Of a stretch of DNA of 64,000 bases, positions 39,501-51,899 are shown one piece after another. Each line of letters begins with the position of its first letter. The first letter of the stretch is position 1. The notes beneath the pieces are model-generated. The model was not told the origin of the DNA and did no database searches. It saw only the letters and a program-made list of their open reading frames with translations. Source of the stretch: Selaginella moellendorffii. Taxonomy: Eukaryota; Plantae; Lycopodiophyta. The position numbers and the translations under genes were made by a program. Where the stretch lies: assembly GCF_000143415.4 (NCBI RefSeq), contig NW_003314316.1:1279796-1343795 (forward strand), in the 5' to 3' direction.

Positions 39501-42500
39501 GTTGCCAGCGCATTGCACAACCCAAAGGGCATCACTAGAAACTCGAAGCTCCCATACCTTGTTTGACAGGTTGTCTTTTCGACATCTTCCTCTACTACCT
39601 TGATCTAATAGTATCCTAACTTTAGGTCAATCCTCAAAAAGTATTTTGCCTTTCCCAATCTATCGAACAAGTCCTCAATCCTTGGCAAAGAGTACTTGTT
39701 TTTCTTTGTATACATGTTGAGCAACCGGTAGTTTGTGCACATATGCATAGATCCATTTTTCTTTTTCACAAATAACACTGGTGCCCCATACAACGACTTG
39801 CTCAACTTAACATACCCTTTGTCCACCAACTCTTTTAGTTGGCGTTTGAGCCCCTTGAGTTCCTTTTTGTTCAAATGATAGGGGGGACGAACCACCACCT
39901 TAGCACCTCAACCAACTCAATCTTGTGTTCTATCGGTCGTGCGGGGGGCAACCCCACTAGAAGCTCCTCTGGCATAGTATCCTAGAATTAGTCCAACACC
40001 CACTGGATCACTAAAGGTATTTCTTCCATTCCCGTCTTTTTGTCACTCTTCACCGAGAGTAAGCATAAAAATCCTGCCTTGGTTCCTTTAGTGAGTTGTC
40101 CTCTCATGGACACCATGTTTAAGCAGGAGTCTTTGGCTTTACATTGCCCTACTTTTAGATCCTAGGCCTCCACCTTGGATCGTTCTCCCCGAGCATTCGC
40201 CAGTACCACAAAGTTCCACCCTTGTCCATGTAGGGCTACTACAAACCGATTAAACCAATCCATCCCGAAAATTATGTCAAATCTTGCCATGTCTAACACG
40301 ATTAAATCCATGTCTACTTTTCATATCCTTACTTCGACTCTCGCTTGTCTAAGTATCTCATCGGTGCTTTAGCTACCTTGAATAAACTCTATCATCCTTG
40401 GTTCACCCAGCCGTTGCACTATTAGTCTGGCTTGCCGGACTATGTCTGCAGCCACAAAATTATCCGAAGCACCCGTGACAATAAGGATCTTAATAAAGTT
40501 ACCTTCGAGCTTCCCTCGGAGGGTTAGTAGATGTCGCGAACAACTCTCTACCAAAGTTGCTCATGTAATGAAGAACTTTGAGCTAGGGACTGGATCATAT
40601 ACCTCAATTTAAATTTCACCCGACTTAATGGCCATATTGGCTCTGGCCTTCTTCGGGTAAGGACATTCCCTCAAAAAGTGTCCCACTTCACTACAATTGT
40701 AGCATATGTTATTTCCCATGCTGCTAACAAACTTGACCTTCTTATCCATGGGTTTATCTCTTTTTGCTTGACTCTCCCACGTACTTGCTCGCTGGCCACT
40801 AGATTTACCTTTCCGGAACCCCGAGGACTCATTCTTAGAGAAACTCTTCTTGAATTTCCCTTTGCTATATGTTCCCCTTGGTTTAACCCCTTTGCTAAAC
40901 GTGAACCTCGACCCCATCGTGTTCCCTTTTCACAGGTTATCATTGAAATGCACCTTGATAGCCGTATCCAACGCTTCCTTGTAGTTGGTCGAGTTCCAAT
41001 GCATCACCTCGCCGCAAGCCCAAGTTTGCAAGCTTGATATGAAGGCATGGAATGCATCCATATCACCCATATCTGTAACAAGTATCCTCTTTGCCATAAA
41101 CCCATTCATATACTCTTGAATGGTTTTAGTCTGCTTCAGCTTACTCAGCTCACCCCTTAGGTGTGGAGTAGCATTCAGGGGAACATAAGTCGCATGAATC
41201 CTTGCCTTCATCATTTCCCAAGTGGCCACTGATCCTTCATTAGCCTCTATCGTTCTCCACCAAGACTTAGCATTATCTGCCAAGTATGGTTTTGCATATG
41301 GGACCTTCTCTGAGCTCGGTAACTGCAACGCTCAGAAGTAGTCTTCCATATCGTAAAACCAATCCTCCACCACCTTATAGTCATTCACTCCCTTGAAGAC
41401 CGGTAGGGGCTTTGGTTTGTACTTGGGAACTGCTTGAGGGACTGATTCCACTTCGGTCTGTTTGACCTTGTTTGGTTTTGCCTCAGTCCCTGCCGAAGGG
41501 TCTGCAACTTCTGCACTGCCAGCATCTGCAATCTTTCGCCTTTTCTTCCGCTTCTCGTCACGCTTTAGCTTGCGTATGAGAGTCTCTAGCAGGGCATTGG
41601 TATGTGCCAATTGTCCTTCTAGAACATCCAATCGAGCCTTGGATGACTGAACCTCACCACCACACTCCTATTTGGAAGTTTCCTCACTAGAGTCCTCCTC
41701 ATGCAAGGATTCCTCATCCATATCCTCTTGTTCAACCAAAAGCTCTAGCTCTTGAGGAGGTTCCATCTTCGCCTTAGTTCGTTTCTGCCCTAACTTTGCT
41801 ATCTCTCAGCAATCCACCTCTATCCTTCGCTAGAACTGAGGAAAAGGCTCCAATACCAAATTGTAAGCCACAAATTTTTTCTTTCCAATTTGCCAGCTTA
41901 CTTTGTCTATCTGACCAACACTGCCTTGGCTTTTACCTAAGTTCCCTTGCCAAGATTCCCGCTTATTGTACCAGCTCCTACTTGGTCCTACTTGGTTTCA
42001 GCTACTCACTGCACGAGCAACAGAGTGTTAGCCATCCATCCACAAATCCCAAATCTCTCCCAATCCCCCTCCTTGGGTTAGACTGGATTTAAGGTTTGGC
42101 TACACTCCCCGCAGGCACAAGCAGCCAAGCACACCAAGCATCCAGGTTCCTAACATCCCTTGGTGCAACAAGACTTGATCATGGGACCCTCTAAATCCCA
42201 AGACTTATGTGCAACACTTGCTTCAGGATGCCAAGGCGAAACACCATGGCCTAACGGCCTAGTATGGGTACCTCAACCCCCCCCCCACACACACACTTCC
42301 ATCCCGAAGGGAAGGCCCAAGCCCCTAGGAAGGGCGAGGACCAATGAACCACAAAGTACTCAAGTGGGGCACCACTCCACATGAGCCGGGAGCACCGCAG
42401 TCAGTTTCCCTTCCGGGAGTGGGAGTTGCTCTTGAGCACTTCCTTGAGTGGCCCCTCCGGCACCACCTGAGTCCATGCTCACTCCCACCCAAGGCCCCTC

Positions 42501-42664
42501 GGTCCCAATCTCAACCTCAAGTCAGTTTGGAAGTACCACTGGAAAGTTCCTTCAAGACTGGTTCCTGGACCTCACTATCCCTACTATACTTTTGGAACCC
42601 CCTGTATCCCCCCTCCCCCCTGGGAGACACATGCTTTGGGCTTTCACCCCTCGACCTGTATTAA

Positions 42665-42935
42665 TACTCAGACTCGGTCTTGGACTCGATATCGGACTCA
42701 ATCTCAGACCCGACTTTGGACTCGGTCTCAGACTCGATCTCAGACTCGACCTCAAACCCGATCTCGGACTCGACCTCGAACTCAGTCTCAAACCCAATCT
42801 CGGATTGCTGACTCTGTCTCGAACTCGGTCTCGAACTCGGTCTCGAACTCGGTCTCGGAGTCGGCCTCGGACTCGATCCCGGACTCTATCTCGAACTCAG
42901 TCTCAGAGTCAGTCTTGGACTCGATCTCAGACTTA
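42665..42935. repeat. Same 12-bp tandem repeat in the other chromovirus LTR
   Basis: TCTCGAACTCGG and GACTCGATCTCA units. Confidence 0.85.
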
Positions 42936-44411
42936 ATCCCATCCGATAAACTCTTTATCATTTCAGTCGTGCTTTCGGGGATCCTATAACCTACGACACC
43001 TTGGGGAGTTGGTTCCCTACAACAAGCTGTTGGCAGTCTCATGTATCCACGCACCCAGATATTTCTTTTGCCGTGAGCAAAGTTAGCCAATTCCTGGCTA
43101 ATCCTAGATCTCAACATTGGGCAGCAGTGAAACGCATCTTCAGGTACCTTCGAGGTACTACTTACCTTGGATTGTGCTACCAGGGAAAAGAGCTTACCCT
43201 CACGGGCTACTGTGATGCTGATTTTGGGGGAGACTGTGACACACGCAAGTCCACCTCTGGCTATTCGTTTTCCCTGGGCAATGTGACAGTCTTGTGGTGC
43301 AGCAGGAAGCAAAGTACAGTGGCAACCTCTAGTACTGAAGCAGAATATTTGGCAGCCTCACAAGCTACCAAAGAAGGTGTGTGGTTATGCTCACTACTTT
43401 CTAACCTTGGTGTGAGTGTGAAGACTCCCACTCGCCTCTTCTGTGACAATCAAAGCTGCATTGCGTTAGTGGCCAATCCTCACTTTCATTCACGCACCAA
43501 ACACTTTGGGATTCATCATCATTTTGTTCTTGAGAAAGTGGAAGATGGCACAATTGAGCACTGCGACACGACCACTCAGGTTGCAGATATCTTCACAAAA
43601 GCAGATTTCAAGTCCATCATGAAGGGCTACTGATGAGCATCACTCGTGATGGCCACAGTGCCAGTGGGAGTGTTGAGAGTGGCCCTGTGCCACGTGGCTA
43701 GTCCACGTGGAGAGACACGAGTCTTCACTGGTTCACCATGTCACACATATGTACATTTTTCATTCCATATATGCTATGACGGATCTTGAGCACCATCACT
43801 CAGTTTCACCTTTCTTTAGATCTTCTTGGCGTAGACCTCGTGGATGTAGAGGCGCAACGAGCGATCTCCACTTCAACAACCCTATCGAAATATCGATTGC
43901 AGAACAGAATCGAACTAGAACAAGAACAGCATGATCCATTTCTAGTCTCTCAATTTTGAAACCAATGCCAAGATTCTGGAATGCCCCAGGCACTATTAGG
44001 TTTTTATTGACAAAATAAAAAAAGGAAGAGACATAACTAACAGCCATGGTGATAGAGCTTGTTAGAGAAGCACTCTATAAATCCAATAATTTAATCACTT
44101 ATAGTTACTAACTAACCTTTATTGAGCCAGAATTTACCAATCCTTCCATTATGTAAATTAGTTATTTTATATGAAACAACTAATTATCCACCTGTATTGC
44201 ATGTGGATCGATCTTTTGTCCATAAATTCTTTATAAAAGGAAGAACATAAATATGGATGCCTAATATCTACAATCTCAAATTTAAAGGTAAAAATATACC
44301 TTGCTCAAGAGTATGTTATATTCTAAGTAGTAATCAAATTTGTGACCATCTTCTCCCACTATTGTCTTGAAACATATATGAATTTTCTTGTCTAATTAAA
44401 GTATGATTCCT

Positions 44412-44661
44412 AGAAAAACAAAATGCCTTAGGACCTAGAATTATTCAAAAAGAAAAGTCCAGACAAAAAAAAATGCCTTAGACTTAGAATTATTCAAAAA
44501 GAAAAGTCCAGACAAAAAAAAATGCCTTAGGACTTAGAATTATTCAAAAAGAAAAGTCCAGACAAAAAAAAATGCCTTAGGACTTAGAATTATTCAAAAA
44601 GAAAAGTCCAGACAAAAAGAAAACTGCCTTAGGACTTGGAATTAATCAAAAAGAAAAGTCC
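44412..44661. repeat. ~50-bp tandem repeat x5 derived from the kinase proximal upstream sequence
   Basis: Unit AGACAAAAAAAAATGCCTTAGGACTTAGAATTATTCAAAAAGAAAAGTCC. It is single-copy upstream of the other paralogs. Confidence 0.95.
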
Positions 44662-44667
44662 ACTGTA

Positions 44668-45114
44668 GGAAGAAGTCGGAAGGAACGATTGGAAGGAGCT
44701 CATGACTCTCGCAATGAGCCAAGAGCCGGGAAGCCTGACGACTGAGACAGAACGAGCCAAAGAGATACTCTGCTCCATGCTCCTGGGAAACAAGTCAGTG
44801 ATTAACCACAAGGAACTCAAGCTGACAACACACCTGGGACAAGGAGCTTACGGAACCGTGTACGAAGCAATGTGGCTCGGTCACAAGTTCGCGGTGAAAG
44901 TCTTCCCTCAAGGTGACACCAGCTTTGCCAAAGAGCTCGCGGTTCTCGGAGCTCACAAGCATCCCAACGTGTTGCACATTGCCGGCCATTCTTTCGATGG
45001 AGAGAAGCAGCAGTACTCGCTGGTGATGGAGAAGATGGACATGGACCTAGCAAACTACCTCCTCAAGAAGAACTCCCTCTCGTTGCTGTCGATCGTGGCA
45101 GTGATGCTCCAAGT
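44668..45114 (+). pseudogene. Internal kinase fragment (linker plus N-lobe only)
   Basis: MTLAMSQEPG...GQGAYG...SIVAVMLQV, followed by upstream-region sequence again. Confidence 0.85.
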
Positions 45115-45317
45115 CGGAATCAAATTTGTGACCATCTTCTCCCGCTACTGTCATCAAGGGCCTAAAACATACACCAATTTTCTTGTCTGATTAAAGTATG
45201 ATTCCCAGAAAAAAAATAAAATGCCTTAGGACATTAGAATTATTCAAAAAGAAAAGTCCACGGTAGACTTTTCCCACGCTATACCTTTACAAGAATGGTG
45301 CGGCGCTGGTAACGGAC

Positions 45318-47487
45318 ATGGCAGCAGCGACTTTGCTCGAGGCGATTCGAATCGCGGACAAGGTTGGCACAATATCCACTTCCAGCAAGGTCTGTAGAAA
45401 CCAACATAGGATCCTCATCGCGGCAGTTGGCTATGTCCGAGACTACCTCAAGCAAATCCAGGATCTCAACTTCGCGAGCAACGGGCCAGCCTTCGTGTGG
45501 GACGAAACCGTGGCTGTCCTTAACAGAGGCCTCCATCTCCTCAAGTCGTGCCAAGAAGGCAATTGGATCACGCGGAGCCTGCTGTTCAAGGAAAGCTGCG
45601 ATGAGTTCCAGAGCATTTATCCCGAGATCCACAACTGCGTCGAGCTCGTCAGCGTCTATCTCTTTCAGCTGGCACCGTCCACCTCGCACAGATCCAGGAT
45701 TGCCGAGGCTTACAACTCGTGCCTCATGTGGCAGAACTCGAGCAGCATGCTGGAAGAAGCCGGAAGGAACGATCGGAAGGAGCTCATGGCTCTCGCAATG
45801 AGCCAAGAGCCGGGAAGCCTGACGACCGAGACAGAACGAGCCAAAGAGATACTCTGCTCCGTGCTCCTGGGAAACAAGTCAGTGATTAACCACAAGGAAC
45901 TCAAGCTGACAACACACCTGGGACAAGGAGCTTACGGAACCGTGTACGAAGCAATCTGGCTCGGTCACAAGTTTGCAGTGAAAGTCTTCCCTCAAGGTGA
46001 CACCAGCTTCGCCAAAGAGCTCGCGGTTCTTGAAGCGGACAAGCATCCCAACGTGTTGCACATCGCCAGCCATTCTTTCGATGCAGAGAAGCAGCGGTAC
46101 TCGCTGGTGATGGAGAAGATGGACATGGACCTGGCAAACTACCTCCTCAAGAAGAAGAAGTCTCTCCCGTTGCTGTCGATCGTGGCAGTGATGCTCCAAG
46201 TTGCTACTGGCATGGCGTGGCTTCACTCGAAGAATATAATCCACCGGGACCTCAAGCCGCAGAACATCTTGGTTGGCGAAGAAGACAACGATCTCGTGAG
46301 TATCAGGATTGCCGACTTTGGAGTCTCGAGGCCCGATTTCATCTCCTCCCTCATCAGCGAAGCCACCGCCAAGCAAGGCACCAGAAACTTCATGGCACCG
46401 GAAGTGTGGAGCGGCGAGCGCTACACGAAAAAGGCCGACGTTTACAGCTACGGGATGATGATTTACCAGCTTGTCACTGGAAACGTTCCGTTCGAGGACG
46501 GGATGGACATGGAGCAAGTCCTTCGAGGCGAGCGTCCTGAGGTACCAGCAACCTGTCCAGAGTTCCTGTCGCAGCTCATGCGGGAATGCTGGAGCCACGA
46601 TGCAAAAGAGAGGCCTTCCTTCTCGGATATCTGTGAGCGGCTGAAGCAGCTCAAGACCAGGATCATCACTGGCACCGACTCCATCGACGAGTTACGAGCC
46701 AAGTTGGTTGAAGCAGCCAGGTCATCTTCCTCTTCTTCGTACTCGTCGTCTTCCTCGTCCTCGTCGCACAGCATGAACCTGGATTCTCCTGTCCAAGCAC
46801 CTGAGGGGCTTTGGACCCAAAATCCTCCATCTCCCGTTGTCCAGGTAAACTCTTTTGCTTTTAGTAACTCCACCTTTAGTTTCAGCCGGCACCACACCGT
46901 CCTCAGCACGTCGCACCAGCAGCAAAGCCGGATAACAGGGCCGAGCTCTTCGAACTGGTGAAGAACGGCCTCGTCAAAAACGCCTTTGAGAAAGCTCTGT
47001 CCCTGAACGATCCTTCCACGTTCTGGTGGCTTTGCACCAAGGTAATCCATTCACGTCCTCCAGCTGCTCATCAAAGCTTTGTCAGCTCAGGTGGAGGAAA
47101 GCGTCCTGCTCACCTTCAGTGAATCAATGCTCATGGAAGTGGCCGAGCAAATCAACACCAACTTCAAGGAAGACACTGCTCGCAGGTTGCTCTGGATGGA
47201 CGAGATCCTGGCCATCTTGATGTTGGTCGACACATCACCTCGGATGCGGAGGATATTGGAGAAGCTTTCACAGAACCTCCACGGCATGATGGCTATAACA
47301 CCTTCAAAGAACGAGCTGGGGATGAAGCTGGCGAGAGTGCTGGAAGATACCAACTTGGGTCTTCATGTACGTATGAAACTCTTCGTGTTATTCGTTTGAT
47401 TCAAATCGTTTGTCGTCGCAGGATATCCGAGTTGAGAACAGCAAAGCTGAGAAGAAAGGGAAAAGAAAACAGGGACCTATGATGTGA
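45318..47487 (+). CDS. Kinase-fusion gene copy 3 (apparently intact)
   Basis: Uninterrupted exon 1 and conserved splice sites. Last exon DIRVENSKAEKKGKRKQGPMM*. Confidence 0.85.
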
Positions 47488-47686
47488 AATAAAACAGCTA
47501 TATATTTCCAGCGGAACACCGGTAGTTTCTGAGTATTGAGATCTAATTTTCTGCCTGCCAAAAGTATCAACCATGCTTCACGAAAGAACCATAAAGAACT
47601 TACCAATTCCCATTCGTAACTTCGTCTCATCCTGCCGGGATAAACGTGAAGGAAACTTACGAGATAAATATCAAAGCACAAAGGTC

Positions 47687-48379
47687 TCACCATTCTTTAG
47701 TTCTTAAACTCGAGTAGACGGTGAAGATCCCAACCTTTTCGATCTGGCAGCAGAGCCTTGGCAGCTTCCGCCGCAGCGCAGACACCAGTAGTTCTCGTAG
47801 GATCATCGCTCTCCGCTCAAAGAACGATTTTGCCGCTTTCAACTTCTCGGGATCCCCATACTTGTATGGCTTGTAGACGATCCCGGCAGCTAGCCGTTGC
47901 TTCTTGAGCTTGGCTGGACGAACGTACGCATCGCCCAGTCTCTTCAAGCGCTTCTGGATCACTCTCCTCCGGTACACTTGCGGCTCGGGGATCTTGGGAT
48001 CGGCGAGCGGCAGGCGATCCGGAGGAGGCACAGCAACCCACCTGAAAATCCGATCGTTCGCGTCACCGCCTCCCGCTTTGTTGCGCTTGGCCGGATTCTT
48101 GGAGCCGGCGCCCTCGCCGTGCAAGCACTGCGTGTGGACGAGGAATTTGCTCCGGAGCCACACGAGTAAGCGCCTGCTCTTGATCCCTTCCTTCGCGTGA
48201 GATTGCGCGATCCAATCGGGCCATAGGTGCGAACATTCTGCGTCGGCAGATCCTTGGGGCTCTTCTTGGCGTAGACCTCGTGGATGTAGAGGCGCAACGA
48301 GCGAGCTCCACTTAAAGAACCCTATCGAAATATCGATTGCAGAACAGAATCGAACTAGAACAAGAACAGCATGATCCAT
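47687..48379 (-). CDS. Antisense partner gene copy C, open ~230-codon frame, basic protein of unknown function
   Basis: Open frame from MDHAVLV... to ...SLRTKEW*. Related copies are at 11.5-12.1 kb and 30.8-31.4 kb. Confidence 0.5.
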   Translation of the reverse strand: MDHAVLVLVRFCSAIDISIGFFKWSSLVAPLHPRGLRQEEPQGSADAECSHLWPDWIAQSHAKEGIKSRRLLVWLRSKFLVHTQCLHGEGAGSKNPAKRNKAGGGDANDRIFRWVAVPPPDRLPLADPKIPEPQVYRRRVIQKRLKRLGDAYVRPAKLKKQRLAAGIVYKPYKYGDPEKLKAAKSFFERRAMILRELLVSALRRKLPRLCCQIEKVGIFTVYSSLRTKEW

Positions 48380-48763
48380 TTCTAGTCTCTCGTAAGTCCA
48401 CGATTGACGAGGTCGAGCGCGCAACCTGTGCTCGCTGCGCCAAGAAGAATCCGCCAAACTTTCTGGACAGGCGCTCAAGACGTTACGTGCAAACCACTGG
48501 TGGGCATGCAGGATAGTGTCGTCAAACGCTATGCTACCGGGATGCGAGAGTGAACTAGCAGGGCGGAAACTAGGGTATCCTGGCCGTCCAATCCTAAACA
48601 ACCTGTTTGGAGTACTGAAACAAGAAAAGCCATACACGGATTTTCTTATGCCTGATTAAAGTATCCCAGACAAGACTTAGAACTTAGAATATTCAAAAAG
48701 AAAAGTCCACGGTAGACACTCTGCAAAGAAATGGAGCGGCGCTAGTGGTGATCACCAACGAGC

Positions 48764-50989
48764 ATGGCAGCAGCGACTTTGCTCGAGGCGATTCGAATCG
48801 CGGACAAGGTTGGCACAAGATCCACGAACACAAACTCGAGCAAGGTCTGTAGAAACCCATGTAGGATCCTCATCGCGGCGGTCGGCTATGTCCGAGACTA
48901 CCTCAAGCAAATCCAAGATCTCAACTTCACGAGCAACGGGCCAGCCTTCGTGTGGGACGAAACCGTGGCTGTCCTTCACAGAGGCCTCCATCTCCTCAAG
49001 TCATGCCAAGATGGCGATTGGATCGCCCGGAGCCTGCTGTTCGAGGAAAGCTGCGATGAGTTCCAGAGCATTTACCACGAGATCTACAACTGCGTCGAGC
49101 TCGTCAGCGTCTATCTCTTTCAGCTGGCACCGTCCACCTCGCACAGATCCAGGATTGCCGAGGCTTACAACTCGTGCCTCATGAGGCAGAACTCGAGCAG
49201 CATGCTGGAAGAAGCCGGAAGGAACGATCGGAAGGAGCTCATGGCTCTCGCAATGAACCAAGAGCCGGGAAGCCTGACGACCGAGACAGAACGAGCCAAA
49301 GAGATACTCTGCTCCATGCTCCTGGGAAACAAGTCAGTGATCAACCACAAGGAATTGAAGCTGAGAACACACCTGGGACAAGGAGCTTACGGAACCGTGT
49401 ACGAAGCAATCTGGCTCGGTCACAAGTTCGCGGTGAAAGTCTTCGCTCAAGGTGACACCAGCTTCGCCAAAGAGCTCGCGGTTCTCGGAGCTCACAAGCA
49501 TCCCAACGTGTTGCACATTGCTGGCCATTCTTTCGATGGAGAGAAGCAGCGGTACTCGCTGGTGATGGAGAAGATGGACATGGACCTGGCAAACTACCTC
49601 CTCAAGAAGAACTCCCTCTCGTTGCTGTCGATCGTGGCAGTGATGGCTACTGGCATGGCTTGGCTTCACTCGAAGAACGTAATCCACCGGGACCTCAAGC
49701 CGCAGAACATCTTGGTTGGCGAAGAAGACAACGATCTCGTGAGTATCAGGATTGCCGACTTTGGAGTCTCGAGGCCCGATTTCATCTCCTCCCTCATCAG
49801 CGAAGCCACCCCCAAGCAAGGCACCAGAAACTTCATGGCACCAGAAGTGTGGACCAGCGAGCGCTACACGAAGAAGGCCGACGTTTACAGCTACGGGATG
49901 CTGAGCTACCAGCTTGTCACTGGAAACATTCCGTTCAAGGTCGGGATGGACATGGAGCAAGTCCTTCGAGGCGAGCGTCCTGAGATACCAGCCACCTGTC
50001 CAGAGTTCCTGTCGCAGCTCATGCGGGAATGCTGGAACCACGATGCAAAAGAGAGGCCTTCCTTCTCCGATATCTGCAAGCGGCTGAAGCAGCTCAAGTC
50101 CAGGATCATCACTGGCACCGACTCCATCGACGAGTTACGAGCCAAGTTGGTTGAAGCAGCCAGGTCATCTTCCTCTTCTTCGTACTCGTCGTCTTCCTCG
50201 TCCTCGTCGCACAGCAGGACTCGAGTGAACCTGGATTCTCTTGTCCAAGCGACTGAGAAGCTTTGGACCCAAAATCGCCCGCCTTCTCGTGTCCAGGTAA
50301 ACTCTTTTGCTTTTAGTAACTTCCGGACCCTCACCACCTTTGGTTTCAGCCGGTACCACACCGTCCTCACCAAGTCGCACCATTACCAAAACCAGATAAA
50401 AGGACCGAGCTCTTCGAACTGGTAAAGAACGGCCTCATCATAAACGCCTTCGAGAAAGCTCTGTCCCTGAACGATCCTTCCACAGTCTGGTGGCTTTGCA
50501 CCAAGGTAATCTGTTTACGCTCTCTGGCCGCTGATCACGCCCGTCCTTTGTCAACTCAGGTAGAGCATACCGTGCTGCTTGTCTTCAGTGAATCGATGCT
50601 CATGGCACTGGCCGAGAAAATCAACACCAACTTCACGGAAGACACTGCTCGCAGGCTGGTCTGGATCGACGAGATTGGCGACTTGCTGTTAAAAGACCGC
50701 AATGGATGGGCATCACCTCGGAAGATGAGGATCCTGGAGCAGCTTTCACAGAACCTCCACGGTATGATGGCCATAACACCACCAAAGAGTGAGCTGCGCA
50801 TGACCTTGACGAACATGCTGGAAGGCACCAACATGTGGCTGCAGGTTCGTACATATGAAGCTCTTCGTTTCTTTCGTTTCCATCTCCTTGATTCACATCG
50901 TTTTGTTGCAGCGTGTCCGGGTTGCAGTGGAAAACAAAGTTCGATACATGAGCATCGTTGGCGGATATTTTCCAGCGGAACACCGGTAG
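48764..50989 (+). CDS. Kinase-fusion gene copy 4 (open frame; 3-aa in-frame deletion of LQV in the kinase alphaE region)
   Basis: SIVAVM-ATGMAWLH versus SIVAVMLQVATG. Conserved introns. Last exon RVRVAVENKVRYMSIVGGYFPAEHR*. Confidence 0.8.
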
Positions 50990-51899
50990 TTTCTGGATGT
51001 TGATGTCCTGGCATAAAACATGCTTCACCTTACCCTGGCCAGCAAAACTTACGAGGAAAAGAATGAGCTCAACAGCCGTGACCTTTGGCAAGCTGAAGAT
51101 CTTGCTCCCCAACTGAAATCGCTTGCTCGCTCGCCTAAACCCTAATTTCGCTCAGTTAATGATCGATTCCAGCCTGGATTTGAATTGAAAGGGTTGCGGC
51201 ACTGCTTGCTGCCGCTGGAGACGATCTGATGTCCCTGTTGCTACAAGGGAAGGCTTCCTTGGGCTGGAGATTTGCTGATGCTGCCAAGAGGCCTCTCTTC
51301 TTGTTGGGCACTAGGCGTGGAATTGCTGTGCGAAAGGGCCTTGAGGCTGATGGAGAGATCACATTCGAGTGGGGCAGATGGAGCTGGTTCCTGATGGGTC
51401 CTGATACAAGCTGGGGTGTGTGCAAGCTTGGATACCATGCTGCTGCTGCTGTTCAACACCACAAGATGCTGATTTCATGAGCTCGGCTTTTCTGGCTGAG
51501 TGGGGAGTGAGATAGGGTTCCCAGTGGTAGTTTTTTTTTTTTTTAGCCTTTGCATACTGATCTCGGAGCAATAGAGTTTTTTTCTTTTCTTCCTTAGTTT
51601 TCAACATGGACAACACAAGTAGCCTGTGGATTAATGAGGTACAATAGAAGAGGATCTAGCCCAGCTTGATTAGGAATTTCCACTGTTGGAGCTTACATGA
51701 TCTCTTTTTGTTGAAGACATGAAATGCTGAATTAAGCCATACTGACAGTATGTATAGAATCTGGCCACCTGCAACATATGTCAATAAGCCACTTTCTACT
51801 GGTGATGATTACTTACATAACAAAGCTAAATCAATGGTGCTTGACATACACCCCAGGATCTTCATCTTGCTCCATGATCTCAAGTACAACATTTGGAAG

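Larger units (their letters stand above)
35493..43021 (-). mobile_element. Chromovirus-type Ty3/Gypsy element with ~1.15-kb LTRs (35493-36641 and 41862-43021), degenerate ORFs
   Basis: TSD ACAAG (35488-92 and 43022-26) splits the Copia YRQAVGSLMY motif. PBS TGGTATTGGAGC on the minus strand. Gag CYNCSEVGHFLREC, RT YIDDILIYS, RNaseH ETDASDF, integrase, and chromodomain YEVEAIL...FHVKWKGFP...TWEPEENL. Confidence 0.95.
31372..43820 (+). mobile_element. Ty1/Copia LTR retrotransposon (defective, host of nested insertions). 5' LTR remnant ~31372-31457, 3' LTR 43671-43820
   Basis: Shared LTR sequence CCTGTGCCACGTGGCTAGTCCACGTGGAGAGACACGAG...TTTCACCTTT..TTAGA. PBS TGGTATCGGAGC at 31458. Gag ORF 31636-32727 (FDGRNWRFWK, CSHCNKKGH...C, YLDSAATDHM). 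RT 34766-35490 (LYVDD). RNaseH ~43027-43633 (GYCDADFGG, SSTEAEY, CDNQS, RTKH). PPT AGTGGGAG. Confidence 0.9.

Noticed and set aside
44412-44661. Possible CRISPR-like array
   Set aside because: Head-to-tail tandem units with no unique spacers, eukaryotic context, and no cas genes.
51156-51616. Short overlapping ORFs
   Set aside because: No recognisable motifs or consistent exon structure.
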